From positions 3,583-67,582 of the forward strand of contig DFOS01000008.1 of the NCBI GenBank assembly GCA_002376845.1: a stretch of 64,000 nt of DNA, in the 5' to 3' direction. Origin of the DNA: Bdellovibrionaceae bacterium UBA3535 (GTDB lineage: Bacteria > Bdellovibrionota > Bdellovibrionia > Bdellovibrionales > UBA840). Positions 35,735 through 43,197 of this stretch are shown piece after piece (position 1 is the first letter of the stretch; each line of letters begins with the position of its first letter). The position numbers and the translations under genes were made by a program. The notes beneath the pieces were generated by a model. It searched no databases and had not been told where the DNA came from. It worked only from the letters and a program-made list of their open reading frames with translations.

Positions 35735-35763
35735 ATTGTAAGGGAGGAGTTAAGGCAGTTCAA
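35735..35763 (-). promoter_or_regulatory. near-consensus sigma-70-type promoter of the lipoprotein/fibre cassette
   Basis: On the minus strand: TTGAAC (35763-35758), 17-nt spacer, TACAAT (35740-35735). It lies ~80 nt upstream of the ATG at 35653 and just downstream of the GST stop. Confidence 0.5.
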
Positions 35764-35793
35764 AGTTGATACAATATTGCCAGTATCAATCTG

Positions 35794-36408
35794 CTACATC
35801 TGTTGAATTAATGCTTTGGCCCTCTCAAAAGAAGACAAGGACTTCATATCTTTCACATAGCTTTTTAACCGAGCGTTCGTTAGTAGCTGTAAATGGCTGG
35901 CCCAATTTAGGGTTTGGGCAACAAATAGATCGGCCATATGGTATTCATCCCCGATTAAATATTTTTGTTGCTGTAGACATTCCGCTAGTACCTTTTCGTT
36001 CTTTGCAAAATCCTGCTTGGGGCCTTTTTTGGCATCCTCGGAGCGTAGCTCTTCCGGGTAGACGTGCGTATGCTTGGCAATCGTCCAAGGCGCTTGCTCT
36101 AGCTCGGACAAACACCAAAACATCCACTGATCATTTAGCGCTCGCTCTTTAGACCCCTCTTTGGGCAGAAGCTTTTGCTCGCCTGCCAGATTACAGATGT
36201 AATAGGCAATCGCCGCTGATTCAAAAAGCAAAAAGTCACCATCTTTAAGCGCCGGTACTTTGCCGTTGGGATTGATCTTGCGGAAATCTTCGCTATGAGA
36301 TTCTTGTCCGGGTTTTACCGGATGCATTTTGTAAGGCATAGCTAGTTCTTCGAGTAGCCAATAAATGCGAAAAGCTCTTGTGCCAGGTGCTCCGTAGATT
36401 TCAATCAT
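35794..36408 (-). CDS. glutathione S-transferase family protein
   Basis: 204 aa. N-terminal thioredoxin-like GST region (KINPNGKVPALKDGDFLLFESAAI) and a helical C-terminal domain. Confidence 0.75.
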   Translation of the reverse strand: MIEIYGAPGTRAFRIYWLLEELAMPYKMHPVKPGQESHSEDFRKINPNGKVPALKDGDFLLFESAAIAYYICNLAGEQKLLPKEGSKERALNDQWMFWCLSELEQAPWTIAKHTHVYPEELRSEDAKKGPKQDFAKNEKVLAECLQQQKYLIGDEYHMADLFVAQTLNWASHLQLLTNARLKSYVKDMKSLSSFERAKALIQQM

Positions 36409-36607
36409 GTGCCGATCTTAAAATTGCTTTTGCAATCTGGCTAGCAAAATTTTATTTTGCGTTATGTGCAAAAAAGATTGACGACTTTTTTGCGCCAGCA
36501 GTTTCTTGCCTGTTTGAAAAATAACGAATTCGGAATGATTTTTCTATCTCGATCATGTCTTTTTTCGTCAGCACCTTTGTTAATAGCTTCAAATGACATA
36601 TCTTATT

Positions 36608-37468
36608 TACTTTAAGCAGTGATAAAAAATGGCATTTAAAAACCTGTGTTATAAAAGATTTCGGAGGTACACATGCTGCAAGACTTGCAAAATTTGGTAT
36701 GGATGGAAAAGAAAATCACCGCCGAGATATTAGAAAAACTGCAAGTGGTCTACGACCAGAAAGACTTTGCTGGCTATAGCAATTTATTTGAATATATGGT
36801 CAAGGGCTTGGGCTATTCCGAGGCTACGGCCAGTTTGCGTCAATCCTGTTTGCGCCTACTACGTGAAATGCCGGAGCTAAAAGACAAAGTTAGAGAAGGC
36901 AAACTCAGCTATACAACCATAGCGCGCTCCTACAAATTCATCAAAGAGCAACCTACTGCGAAAAAGCGAGCGACTTTAAGCAGTCTCGAAAATCAATCCT
37001 CTCGAAAAGCTCTTGAGATATTAGAAAAGCAATCACCAGCTCCCGAGATTCAGGTGCAAAAGCGCCATTATCAAGATAGGGTGCGTTTAACGATCGATCT
37101 AAGCCACGAAGAGTATGAAAAACTGCAAAGACTGAAGGCTTTAAGCAGCCATCGCTACGGCTCTTATGAGGAGCTCATAAAATCTTTCATTGCTAAAGCG
37201 CATAAAAAATATGAAGACGATGACTTTAAGCAGTCACGCTCGAAAAACCCACGTTATATCTCGCAAAGATTACGCAACCATCTACTTAAGCAGGCAAATT
37301 ATCGCTGCCAAAAGGCGGGCTGCACGCAGGATCATCATTTGCAGATCGATCATATTCAGCCGGTAGCTAGGGGCGGGCAAGCCACAGCAGAGAATTTGCA
37401 GGTTTTATGCTTTTATCATAACCAACAAAAGGCTTGTCATTAAACCGTGCATTTTCTACTTTAAGCAG
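36608..37468 (+). repeat. dispersed array of six copies of CTTTAAGCAG (five exact, one CTTAAGCAG) in and around the HNH gene
   Basis: Exact 10-mers at 36610, 36974, 37139, 37224 and 37459, and a variant ending at 37293. The outermost copies extend to a 12-nt direct repeat TACTTTAAGCAG (36608-36619 and 37457-37468). Confidence 0.85.
36673..37443 (+). CDS. HNH endonuclease domain protein (long N-terminal helical domain, DUF222-like)
   Basis: C-terminal HNH core CQKAGC...[32 protein letters not shown] cggagg lies before the ATG. The N-terminal family assignment is tentative. Confidence 0.75.
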   Translation: MLQDLQNLVWMEKKITAEILEKLQVVYDQKDFAGYSNLFEYMVKGLGYSEATASLRQSCLRLLREMPELKDKVREGKLSYTTIARSYKFIKEQPTAKKRATLSSLENQSSRKALEILEKQSPAPEIQVQKRHYQDRVRLTIDLSHEEYEKLQRLKALSSHRYGSYEELIKSFIAKAHKKYEDDDFKQSRSKNPRYISQRLRNHLLKQANYRCQKAGCTQDHHLQIDHIQPVARGGQATAENLQVLCFYHNQQKACH

Positions 37469-37481
37469 CATAGGAGGCAGT

Positions 37482-39128
37482 ATGCGTAATATTCACAGCC
37501 CGACGGGGGACAAATTACATTGCAAGGGTTGGTTGCAAGAGGCGGCCTATCGAATGATTCAAAACAATCTCGATCCTGCGGTAGCAGAAAAACCAGAAGA
37601 TCTTATCGTTTATGGCGGCATCGGAAAAGCCGCGCGCAATTGGCCTTCTTATGAAAAAATACTAGAAGCTTTAACTACTTTAGAAAATAACGAGACCTTA
37701 TTGGTTCAATCGGGAAAGCCCATCGGCATCATTCAAAGTCATGAAGATGCACCAAGAGTTTTGATTGCCAATTCCAATTTGGTGGGGAATTGGGCGAATT
37801 GGGATCATTTTCATGAACTCGATAAAAAGGGCCTGATGATGTATGGGCAAATGACCGCAGGTTCATGGATTTACATTGGCTCGCAAGGAATCGTGCAAGG
37901 CACTTATGAGACCTTTGTGGAATGTGGCAATCGCTATTTTGGTGGCGACTTGAAAGGCAAAACCATTCTGACAGCGGGCCTTGGCGGTATGGGCGGTGCG
38001 CAGCCGCTGGCAGGAGTTTTTGCAGGCGCCACCGTCTTGGCAGTAGAAATTGATCCCGAAAGAATTCAAAAGCGACTTGCCACACGCTATATCGATGAAG
38101 TAGCCGACAATCTTGATGATGCCCTTGCAAGGGTAGAGAAATACCGCAAAGCCGGAGAAGCTAAGTCCATTGCACTAGAAGGAAATATGGCGGATGTCAT
38201 CCACCAGTTGATTGATAAAGGCTTTCAACCCGACATTTTGACCGACCAAACTTCCGCCCACGATCCGCTCAACGGTTACATTCCCTCCGGTTACTCTTTA
38301 GAAGAGGCCGCCAAATTACGAAACGAAAACCCAGATCTTTACGAACAAAAATCCATCGCCTCCATGGCCAAACATGTAGAGGGCATGTTGAAAATGCAAA
38401 AGCAAGGCGCCAAAACCTTTGATTACGGCAACAACATTCGCGCCCGTGCGGTAGAGGGCGGCTGCGAAAATGCCTTTGATATTCCTGGCTTTGTGCCTGA
38501 GTTTATAAGACCTTTATTTTGTAAAGGCTCGGGGCCCTTTCGCTGGGTAGCACTCTCGGGTGATCCTGCTGACATTAAGGTTACGGATGATTGCTTGCGC
38601 GAGCTTTTTCCTGAAAAAAAGAATCTTCTCCGCTGGCTGGATATGGCCGAAGAGCGCATTGCCTATCAAGGTTTGCCGGCACGAATTTGTTGGCTCGAAT
38701 ATGGCGAGCGCGCCAAAGCGGGTTTGGCCTTCAATCAATTGGTGAAAGAGGGAAAAGTCAAAGCTCCGATTGTCATTGGCAGGGATCATTTGGATTGCGG
38801 ATCGGTTGCCTCTCCCAACCGAGAGACCGAGGCGATGAAAGATGGCTCGGATGCCGTAGCGGACTGGCCGATTTTAAATGCTTTAGTAAATACCGCTTGC
38901 GGCGCTACCTGGGTGAGTTTTCACCACGGCGGCGGTGTGGGCATGGGCTATTCGCTGCATGCTGGACAAGTCATCGTTGCCGACGGTAGCGAGAAAGCGG
39001 CGCAGAGATTGGAGCGTGTTTTAACCGCCGATCCTGGCATGGGCCTTTTTCGACATATTGATGCGGGCTACGAAGAGGCCGAAAAAATTGGTAAAGAGCG
39101 CGGCTTGAAATCTTTGTGGTACAAATAA
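37482..39128 (+). CDS. hutU: urocanate hydratase
   Basis: Trimmed to the ATG at 37482 (SD aggagg at 37471-37476). Motifs [14 protein letters not shown] and [18 protein letters not shown]. Confidence 0.95.
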   Translation: MRNIHSPTGDKLHCKGWLQEAAYRMIQNNLDPAVAEKPEDLIVYGGIGKAARNWPSYEKILEALTTLENNETLLVQSGKPIGIIQSHEDAPRVLIANSNLVGNWANWDHFHELDKKGLMMYGQMTAGSWIYIGSQGIVQGTYETFVECGNRYFGGDLKGKTILTAGLGGMGGAQPLAGVFAGATVLAVEIDPERIQKRLATRYIDEVADNLDDALARVEKYRKAGEAKSIALEGNMADVIHQLIDKGFQPDILTDQTSAHDPLNGYIPSGYSLEEAAKLRNENPDLYEQKSIASMAKHVEGMLKMQKQGAKTFDYGNNIRARAVEGGCENAFDIPGFVPEFIRPLFCKGSGPFRWVALSGDPADIKVTDDCLRELFPEKKNLLRWLDMAEERIAYQGLPARICWLEYGERAKAGLAFNQLVKEGKVKAPIVIGRDHLDCGSVASPNRETEAMKDGSDAVADWPILNALVNTACGATWVSFHHGGGVGMGYSLHAGQVIVADGSEKAAQRLERVLTADPGMGLFRHIDAGYEEAEKIGKERGLKSLWYK

Positions 39129-40346
39129 ATGAAACTATTTAAAAATATATCTACACTTTATACTTTAAAATCTGCCGCAAAAAAATCGGGAAAAAATCTT
39201 ACAGCAAAAGATTTGAGCCCGATGAAGAATGCCGCCATGCTAGTGGATAACAAAGGCCGCATTGAGTGGATCGGCAAATCCAGCGCAGCTCCTCGCAAAA
39301 TAAAAAAAGTTATCGACTTAAAAGGGAAAAATGTTTTTCCCGCCTTCATCGATTGTCATAGTCATTTGGTCTTTGCTGGCAATCGGGCAAAAGAATTTGA
39401 GCTACGCAATCAAGGGGCGAGCTACCAAGAGATTGCCAAAGCCGGGGGCGGGATTTTGAATACCGTGAAGCAAACCCGTAAAGCCTCAAAAAAAGATTTG
39501 GCAATTCTAGCGCAAGAACGGGTGAATTGCTTTCTGCGCCAAGGGGTAACGACCATTGAGTCCAAAAGCGGCTACGGTTTGAACTTTAAACATGAAAAAA
39601 AATTATTGGAAGTGAACCAGGAATTAAAAAAGGCGCGCATCATTTCAACTTACCTAGGTCCCCATGCAAAGTCCCCCGATTATAAAAGCTTAGATGAATA
39701 TATGCAGGCAATTTTGCAGCATGATTTGGAAAAGGTCTTTCGTAAAGGCCTAACTTGCCGGGCGGATATTTTTGTTGAGAAGGGCTATTTTACCAAAGAG
39801 CATTTGAAAAAATATTTGGCTAAAGCAAGAGAATTAAAAATGCATGTCACCATTCATGCTGACCAGATGTCCTCCACAGAAATTGTCGATCTTGCCATTG
39901 AAAATAAAGTAAAATCGCTGGATCATTTGGTCTACATTCAAGAAAAGGAAATCAAGCCGCTAGCCCAATCAGAGGTAACAGCGGTAATGCTACCCACAGC
40001 TGAAAAATACATTCATATTCCCTATCCACCAGCGCGCAAGCTTTTGGATCAAGGCTGCCGAGTGGCTTTGGCTACAGATTTTAATCCGGGCTCTTCGCCA
40101 ACCCAGGACCTATCCTTTCTTGGAGTGCTCGCACGATTGGATTTAAAAATGCTGCAACATGAAGTCTTTGCTGCCATGAGCCTAAATGCTGCCCATGCTT
40201 TGGGGCTTGAAAAAGATTTGGGCTCTTTGGAGGTTGGAAAGTATGCCGATTTTTTTATCTCAGAGGCCGACTTAGAGGATTTCTTTTACGGTGTGGGAAG
40301 ACACCCGGTGGAAAAGGTTTACCGCGAGGGCAAGCCTGTTAAATAG
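39129..40346 (+). CDS. hutI: imidazolonepropionase
   Basis: Amidohydrolase metal ligands FIDCHSHLVF, HADQ and ATDFNPGS. Directly abuts the hutU stop. Confidence 0.92.
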   Translation: MKLFKNISTLYTLKSAAKKSGKNLTAKDLSPMKNAAMLVDNKGRIEWIGKSSAAPRKIKKVIDLKGKNVFPAFIDCHSHLVFAGNRAKEFELRNQGASYQEIAKAGGGILNTVKQTRKASKKDLAILAQERVNCFLRQGVTTIESKSGYGLNFKHEKKLLEVNQELKKARIISTYLGPHAKSPDYKSLDEYMQAILQHDLEKVFRKGLTCRADIFVEKGYFTKEHLKKYLAKARELKMHVTIHADQMSSTEIVDLAIENKVKSLDHLVYIQEKEIKPLAQSEVTAVMLPTAEKYIHIPYPPARKLLDQGCRVALATDFNPGSSPTQDLSFLGVLARLDLKMLQHEVFAAMSLNAAHALGLEKDLGSLEVGKYADFFISEADLEDFFYGVGRHPVEKVYREGKPVK

Positions 40347-40362
40347 CTGAAAACATTTGAGT

Positions 40363-40391
40363 TTGCTAAAAGCTTAGGCGTGTGGTACAAT
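40363..40391 (+). promoter_or_regulatory. near-consensus sigma-70-type promoter of the HTH/NTase pair
   Basis: TTGCTA (40363-40368), 17-nt spacer, TACAAT (40386-40391). This places the transcription start downstream of the track's GTG at 40382, which favours the ATG at 40418 (GGAG 7 nt upstream). Confidence 0.5.
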
Positions 40392-40417
40392 ATAATATAC
40401 CAAAATGGAGTATTATA

Positions 40418-40987
40418 ATGTACCATTTTTATTTTCCAATAAAGGCGTTTCTTAAAAAAAACAGATTATCAGAAAGAGCCTTAAGCGAGACTCTTCAAAT
40501 CGCTCGGGGTACCATACGTAGCATTCTATTGAAAAAAGATAGCTTAAGTCTAAACAGCATTAAGTCTGTCGCAAATTATTTTGGCCATGAGGCGAGTTTG
40601 GTGACTTATCCCAAAAACCATCGACCTGAGTCCTCCAGTCTTGCCATCAGTATGAAAATTCAAAAAGATGGCGTAGATTCTTGGAAAATCCATTTAATGG
40701 ATATGGTGGATGAGTTTCGTAAAAGCCTTGATATGCGGCTATTTCTTTTGCCACCCAGTCAAGAATGCCCGGAGCGAATTCAGGCGATGATAGCTTCTAC
40801 CGTGCTTTTTTTATGTCAAGAAGCAGATGTGACGGCGCCGGATTGGGCACACGAAGTTCACTATCTTTCTCAGCCCTGGTTCGTTGCTGAAGTGGAGTCT
40901 TTAAAAGCCTTTGCTTTGCTTGAGTCTCCTTTGAGCTTTCGCCGTAATAATATCTTTGTGCAAAACAACTTTTTGGAGAGGGCTTGA
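40418..40987 (+). CDS. XRE-type HTH protein with uncharacterised C-terminal domain
   Basis: N-terminal HTH (LSERALSETLQIARGTIRSILLKK...IKSVANYFG). ~120-aa C-terminal domain ending in FRRNNIFVQNNFLERA. Stop is immediately followed by the GTG of the next gene. Confidence 0.6.
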   Translation: MYHFYFPIKAFLKKNRLSERALSETLQIARGTIRSILLKKDSLSLNSIKSVANYFGHEASLVTYPKNHRPESSSLAISMKIQKDGVDSWKIHLMDMVDEFRKSLDMRLFLLPPSQECPERIQAMIASTVLFLCQEADVTAPDWAHEVHYLSQPWFVAEVESLKAFALLESPLSFRRNNIFVQNNFLERA

Positions 40988-41494
40988 GTGTTAGAGCAAA
41001 AACAAATAAAAAAACTTTTTTATAAGTTAAATGCAAAGCTCAAAGCAAATAATGAAAAAGGCGAAATTGGCATTGTAGGCGGAGCCGTGATGTGTCTTGT
41101 ATACAATGCAAGAGCCTCAACGAAAGATGTAGATGCCATTTTCGAGCCTGCAAAAATAATTAGGGACTTGGCTGTTGAAATTGCGAAAGAGGAGGGCTTG
41201 CCAGAGGATTGGCTAAATGATGGCGCTAAATCCTTTATACAACCGTACTTTCAGCGGGAGCAAGTTTTAGATCTTAGTCATTTACGGGTTTGGGCTCCAG
41301 ACGCTAGATATATGCTCGCAATGAAGTGCATTAGTGCAAGATTTGATACAAGTGATAAGGATGATGTGATTTTTTTATTGAAAAATCTTGAGCTTAAAAA
41401 GGCAGAAGATGTTTATTCAATTATAGAAAGTTATTATCCTAGAAATGAAATCCCAGCAAAAACCAAATTTTTTATTGAAGAAATATTGGCTTAA
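40988..41494 (+). CDS. minimal nucleotidyltransferase-fold protein (AbiEii/DUF6036-like)
   Basis: IGIVGGAVMCLVYNARASTKDVDAIF fits the GG..L....R.S.D(I/V)D pattern of pol-beta-superfamily NTases of the AbiEii/DUF1814 and DUF6036 type. 168 aa, GTG start. Confidence 0.55.
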   Translation: MLEQKQIKKLFYKLNAKLKANNEKGEIGIVGGAVMCLVYNARASTKDVDAIFEPAKIIRDLAVEIAKEEGLPEDWLNDGAKSFIQPYFQREQVLDLSHLRVWAPDARYMLAMKCISARFDTSDKDDVIFLLKNLELKKAEDVYSIIESYYPRNEIPAKTKFFIEEILA

Positions 41495-42045
41495 TTTAAA
41501 ACATCTTCTATCATCTTTTGAATGCGCTCGGACTTCCAGTCCTGCAAGCCTTGCGACTCAAAAACAATTTCATGGTCTGCGTTTAGTAAAAAATTGGTGG
41601 GCAGTCTGCTAACCATTAATTTGTCGGCACTAGCCTTCGAAAAATCATAATAGGTGGGAAAGGCGATGTTCTTACTTTCCCAGAAACGTTTTACAAAGGG
41701 GTAGGCTTCATCGCCGTTGTCATCCAAATTGATGGCAAGGATTTCCAAACCATCGCTGGAGTATTTTTCATAGAGTTTTTGGAAGTCAGGAAGTTCTATC
41801 AAACAGGGGGCGCACCAAGAGGCCCAGAAACTTACCAAAACGGCCTTGCCCTTTACTTGCTCCAGTTCTTTGGCATGCCCTTTTTTATCGTAAAAAGTAA
41901 AGTTGGGTAGGCTGGTGCCCGAGGTGGAGGCGGGATTTACAATCTTAGCCGCTTGGTATTGCTCGTGCACATAAAAACAAAGTAGTGAAAAGCAAAATAC
42001 AAATGCAAAAATGGAAAGAAAAAACTTATGTTTGTGATTCACCAT
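41491..42045 (-). CDS. TlpA/ResA-like periplasmic thiol:disulfide oxidoreductase
   Basis: N-terminal membrane anchor and thioredoxin-fold motif FWASWCAPC. Confidence 0.85.
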   Translation of the reverse strand: MVNHKHKFFLSIFAFVFCFSLLCFYVHEQYQAAKIVNPASTSGTSLPNFTFYDKKGHAKELEQVKGKAVLVSFWASWCAPCLIELPDFQKLYEKYSSDGLEILAINLDDNGDEAYPFVKRFWESKNIAFPTYYDFSKASADKLMVSRLPTNFLLNADHEIVFESQGLQDWKSERIQKMIEDVLN

Positions 42046-42068
42046 TTTAGAGTGTTACAATCTCATAC

Positions 42069-42284
42069 ATGAGTCAATCAAAACAGAGCGGGCAAACCGC
42101 TGTGGAATACATTCTACTCTTAACCGTTGCGGTCACCATCGCCTTTATCATCGTCTCACAAATGGTTTCACGCAGTGATGGCGATGAGGGTTTTTTAATA
42201 AAGGCCTGGCAACAGATGTTAACGACAATGGGTGAAGATTATGCGGATGTTGTCAGTGAGGATCCGCCGGCTGAGGCGCCTTAA
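42069..42284 (+). CDS. Flp/Fap-family type IVb pilin-like protein
   Basis: 71 aa. SGQTAVEYILLLTVAVTIAFIIV matches the G/xxxxEY class-III signal and hydrophobic stem of Flp pilins. Confidence 0.55.
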   Translation: MSQSKQSGQTAVEYILLLTVAVTIAFIIVSQMVSRSDGDEGFLIKAWQQMLTTMGEDYADVVSEDPPAEAP

Positions 42285-43063
42285 TAAAGCCCTTTAACAT
42301 ATACATATTCGCGCTTTTTTAATTCTTCCAAAATCGCCAACTGCATTTTCTCTCGAATTTCCGCGGTAATTTCATGTACAAGGTCCACCCGGTTGGCAGC
42401 ACTTGGTTTATAGGGAAGATGGATAGGTTCTAAAAACTTGATCTTCCATTTGGCGGGCAGGGGCAGAATATTCAGCGGCAGAGGCAAGACCGTGCCGCGC
42501 AAAAACTTGCTCAGCTTTAACTTCGATAGATTAATATGGGTCTCTTCGGCACCAATAATAATGGCGGGAATGATGGGTTTTTGTGTCGTCAGTGCCATGC
42601 GAACAAAGCCACGTTTAAATTCTTGCAAGGTATAGCGGTCTTTACTGGGTTTGAAATTGCCATTCTCTCCCTCGGGGAAGAGTACGGCAATTTCCCCCTG
42701 ATTTAAGATTTTAAGCCCATTCTCTCGCGTAGCTTCAATAAAACCCATTTTCTTTGCCGGGATCGCCGTAGTTTGTGTCAGAAACCATAGGTGATGGGTA
42801 AGAACCTTGGGGATGCGGCCGCTTTTTTGAAATATTTCATGACCCAAAATGACCGCATCAAAGCCGGAAAAACCAGAATGGTTGGGGGTAATGATGGCGC
42901 TTCCTCTTCGCGGAATATGCTCAGCACCCTCGACCTCTACCCGTAAATATTTAGTTAGCAGCTCCACCAACATATTAGGAAGTACTCGGTAAAAGAGTAC
43001 ATTGCTGGGAACACGCGCAAGGTCCTCTAATTGTTCACTGGCTTTATCAAAGAAATTTAACAT
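42281..43063 (-). CDS. lysophospholipid / glycerol-3-phosphate acyltransferase family protein
   Basis: HX4D-type motif PNHSGFSGFDA and FPEGENG. A second PlsC-like paralogue in the window. Confidence 0.7.
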   Translation of the reverse strand: MLNFFDKASEQLEDLARVPSNVLFYRVLPNMLVELLTKYLRVEVEGAEHIPRRGSAIITPNHSGFSGFDAVILGHEIFQKSGRIPKVLTHHLWFLTQTTAIPAKKMGFIEATRENGLKILNQGEIAVLFPEGENGNFKPSKDRYTLQEFKRGFVRMALTTQKPIIPAIIIGAEETHINLSKLKLSKFLRGTVLPLPLNILPLPAKWKIKFLEPIHLPYKPSAANRVDLVHEITAEIREKMQLAILEELKKREYVYVKGLY

Positions 43064-43197
43064 GCAAACGATTCTAAGTAATCTGTAGGCAAATAGCTAC
43101 GAAATATTTAGAGCTTACGCAATTCTATCCAAAGGTCACGCAAAGAAAAGCGTTGGCAGAAAATGCTACAAGACGTATTTTGTGGGGAGGAGGACTT

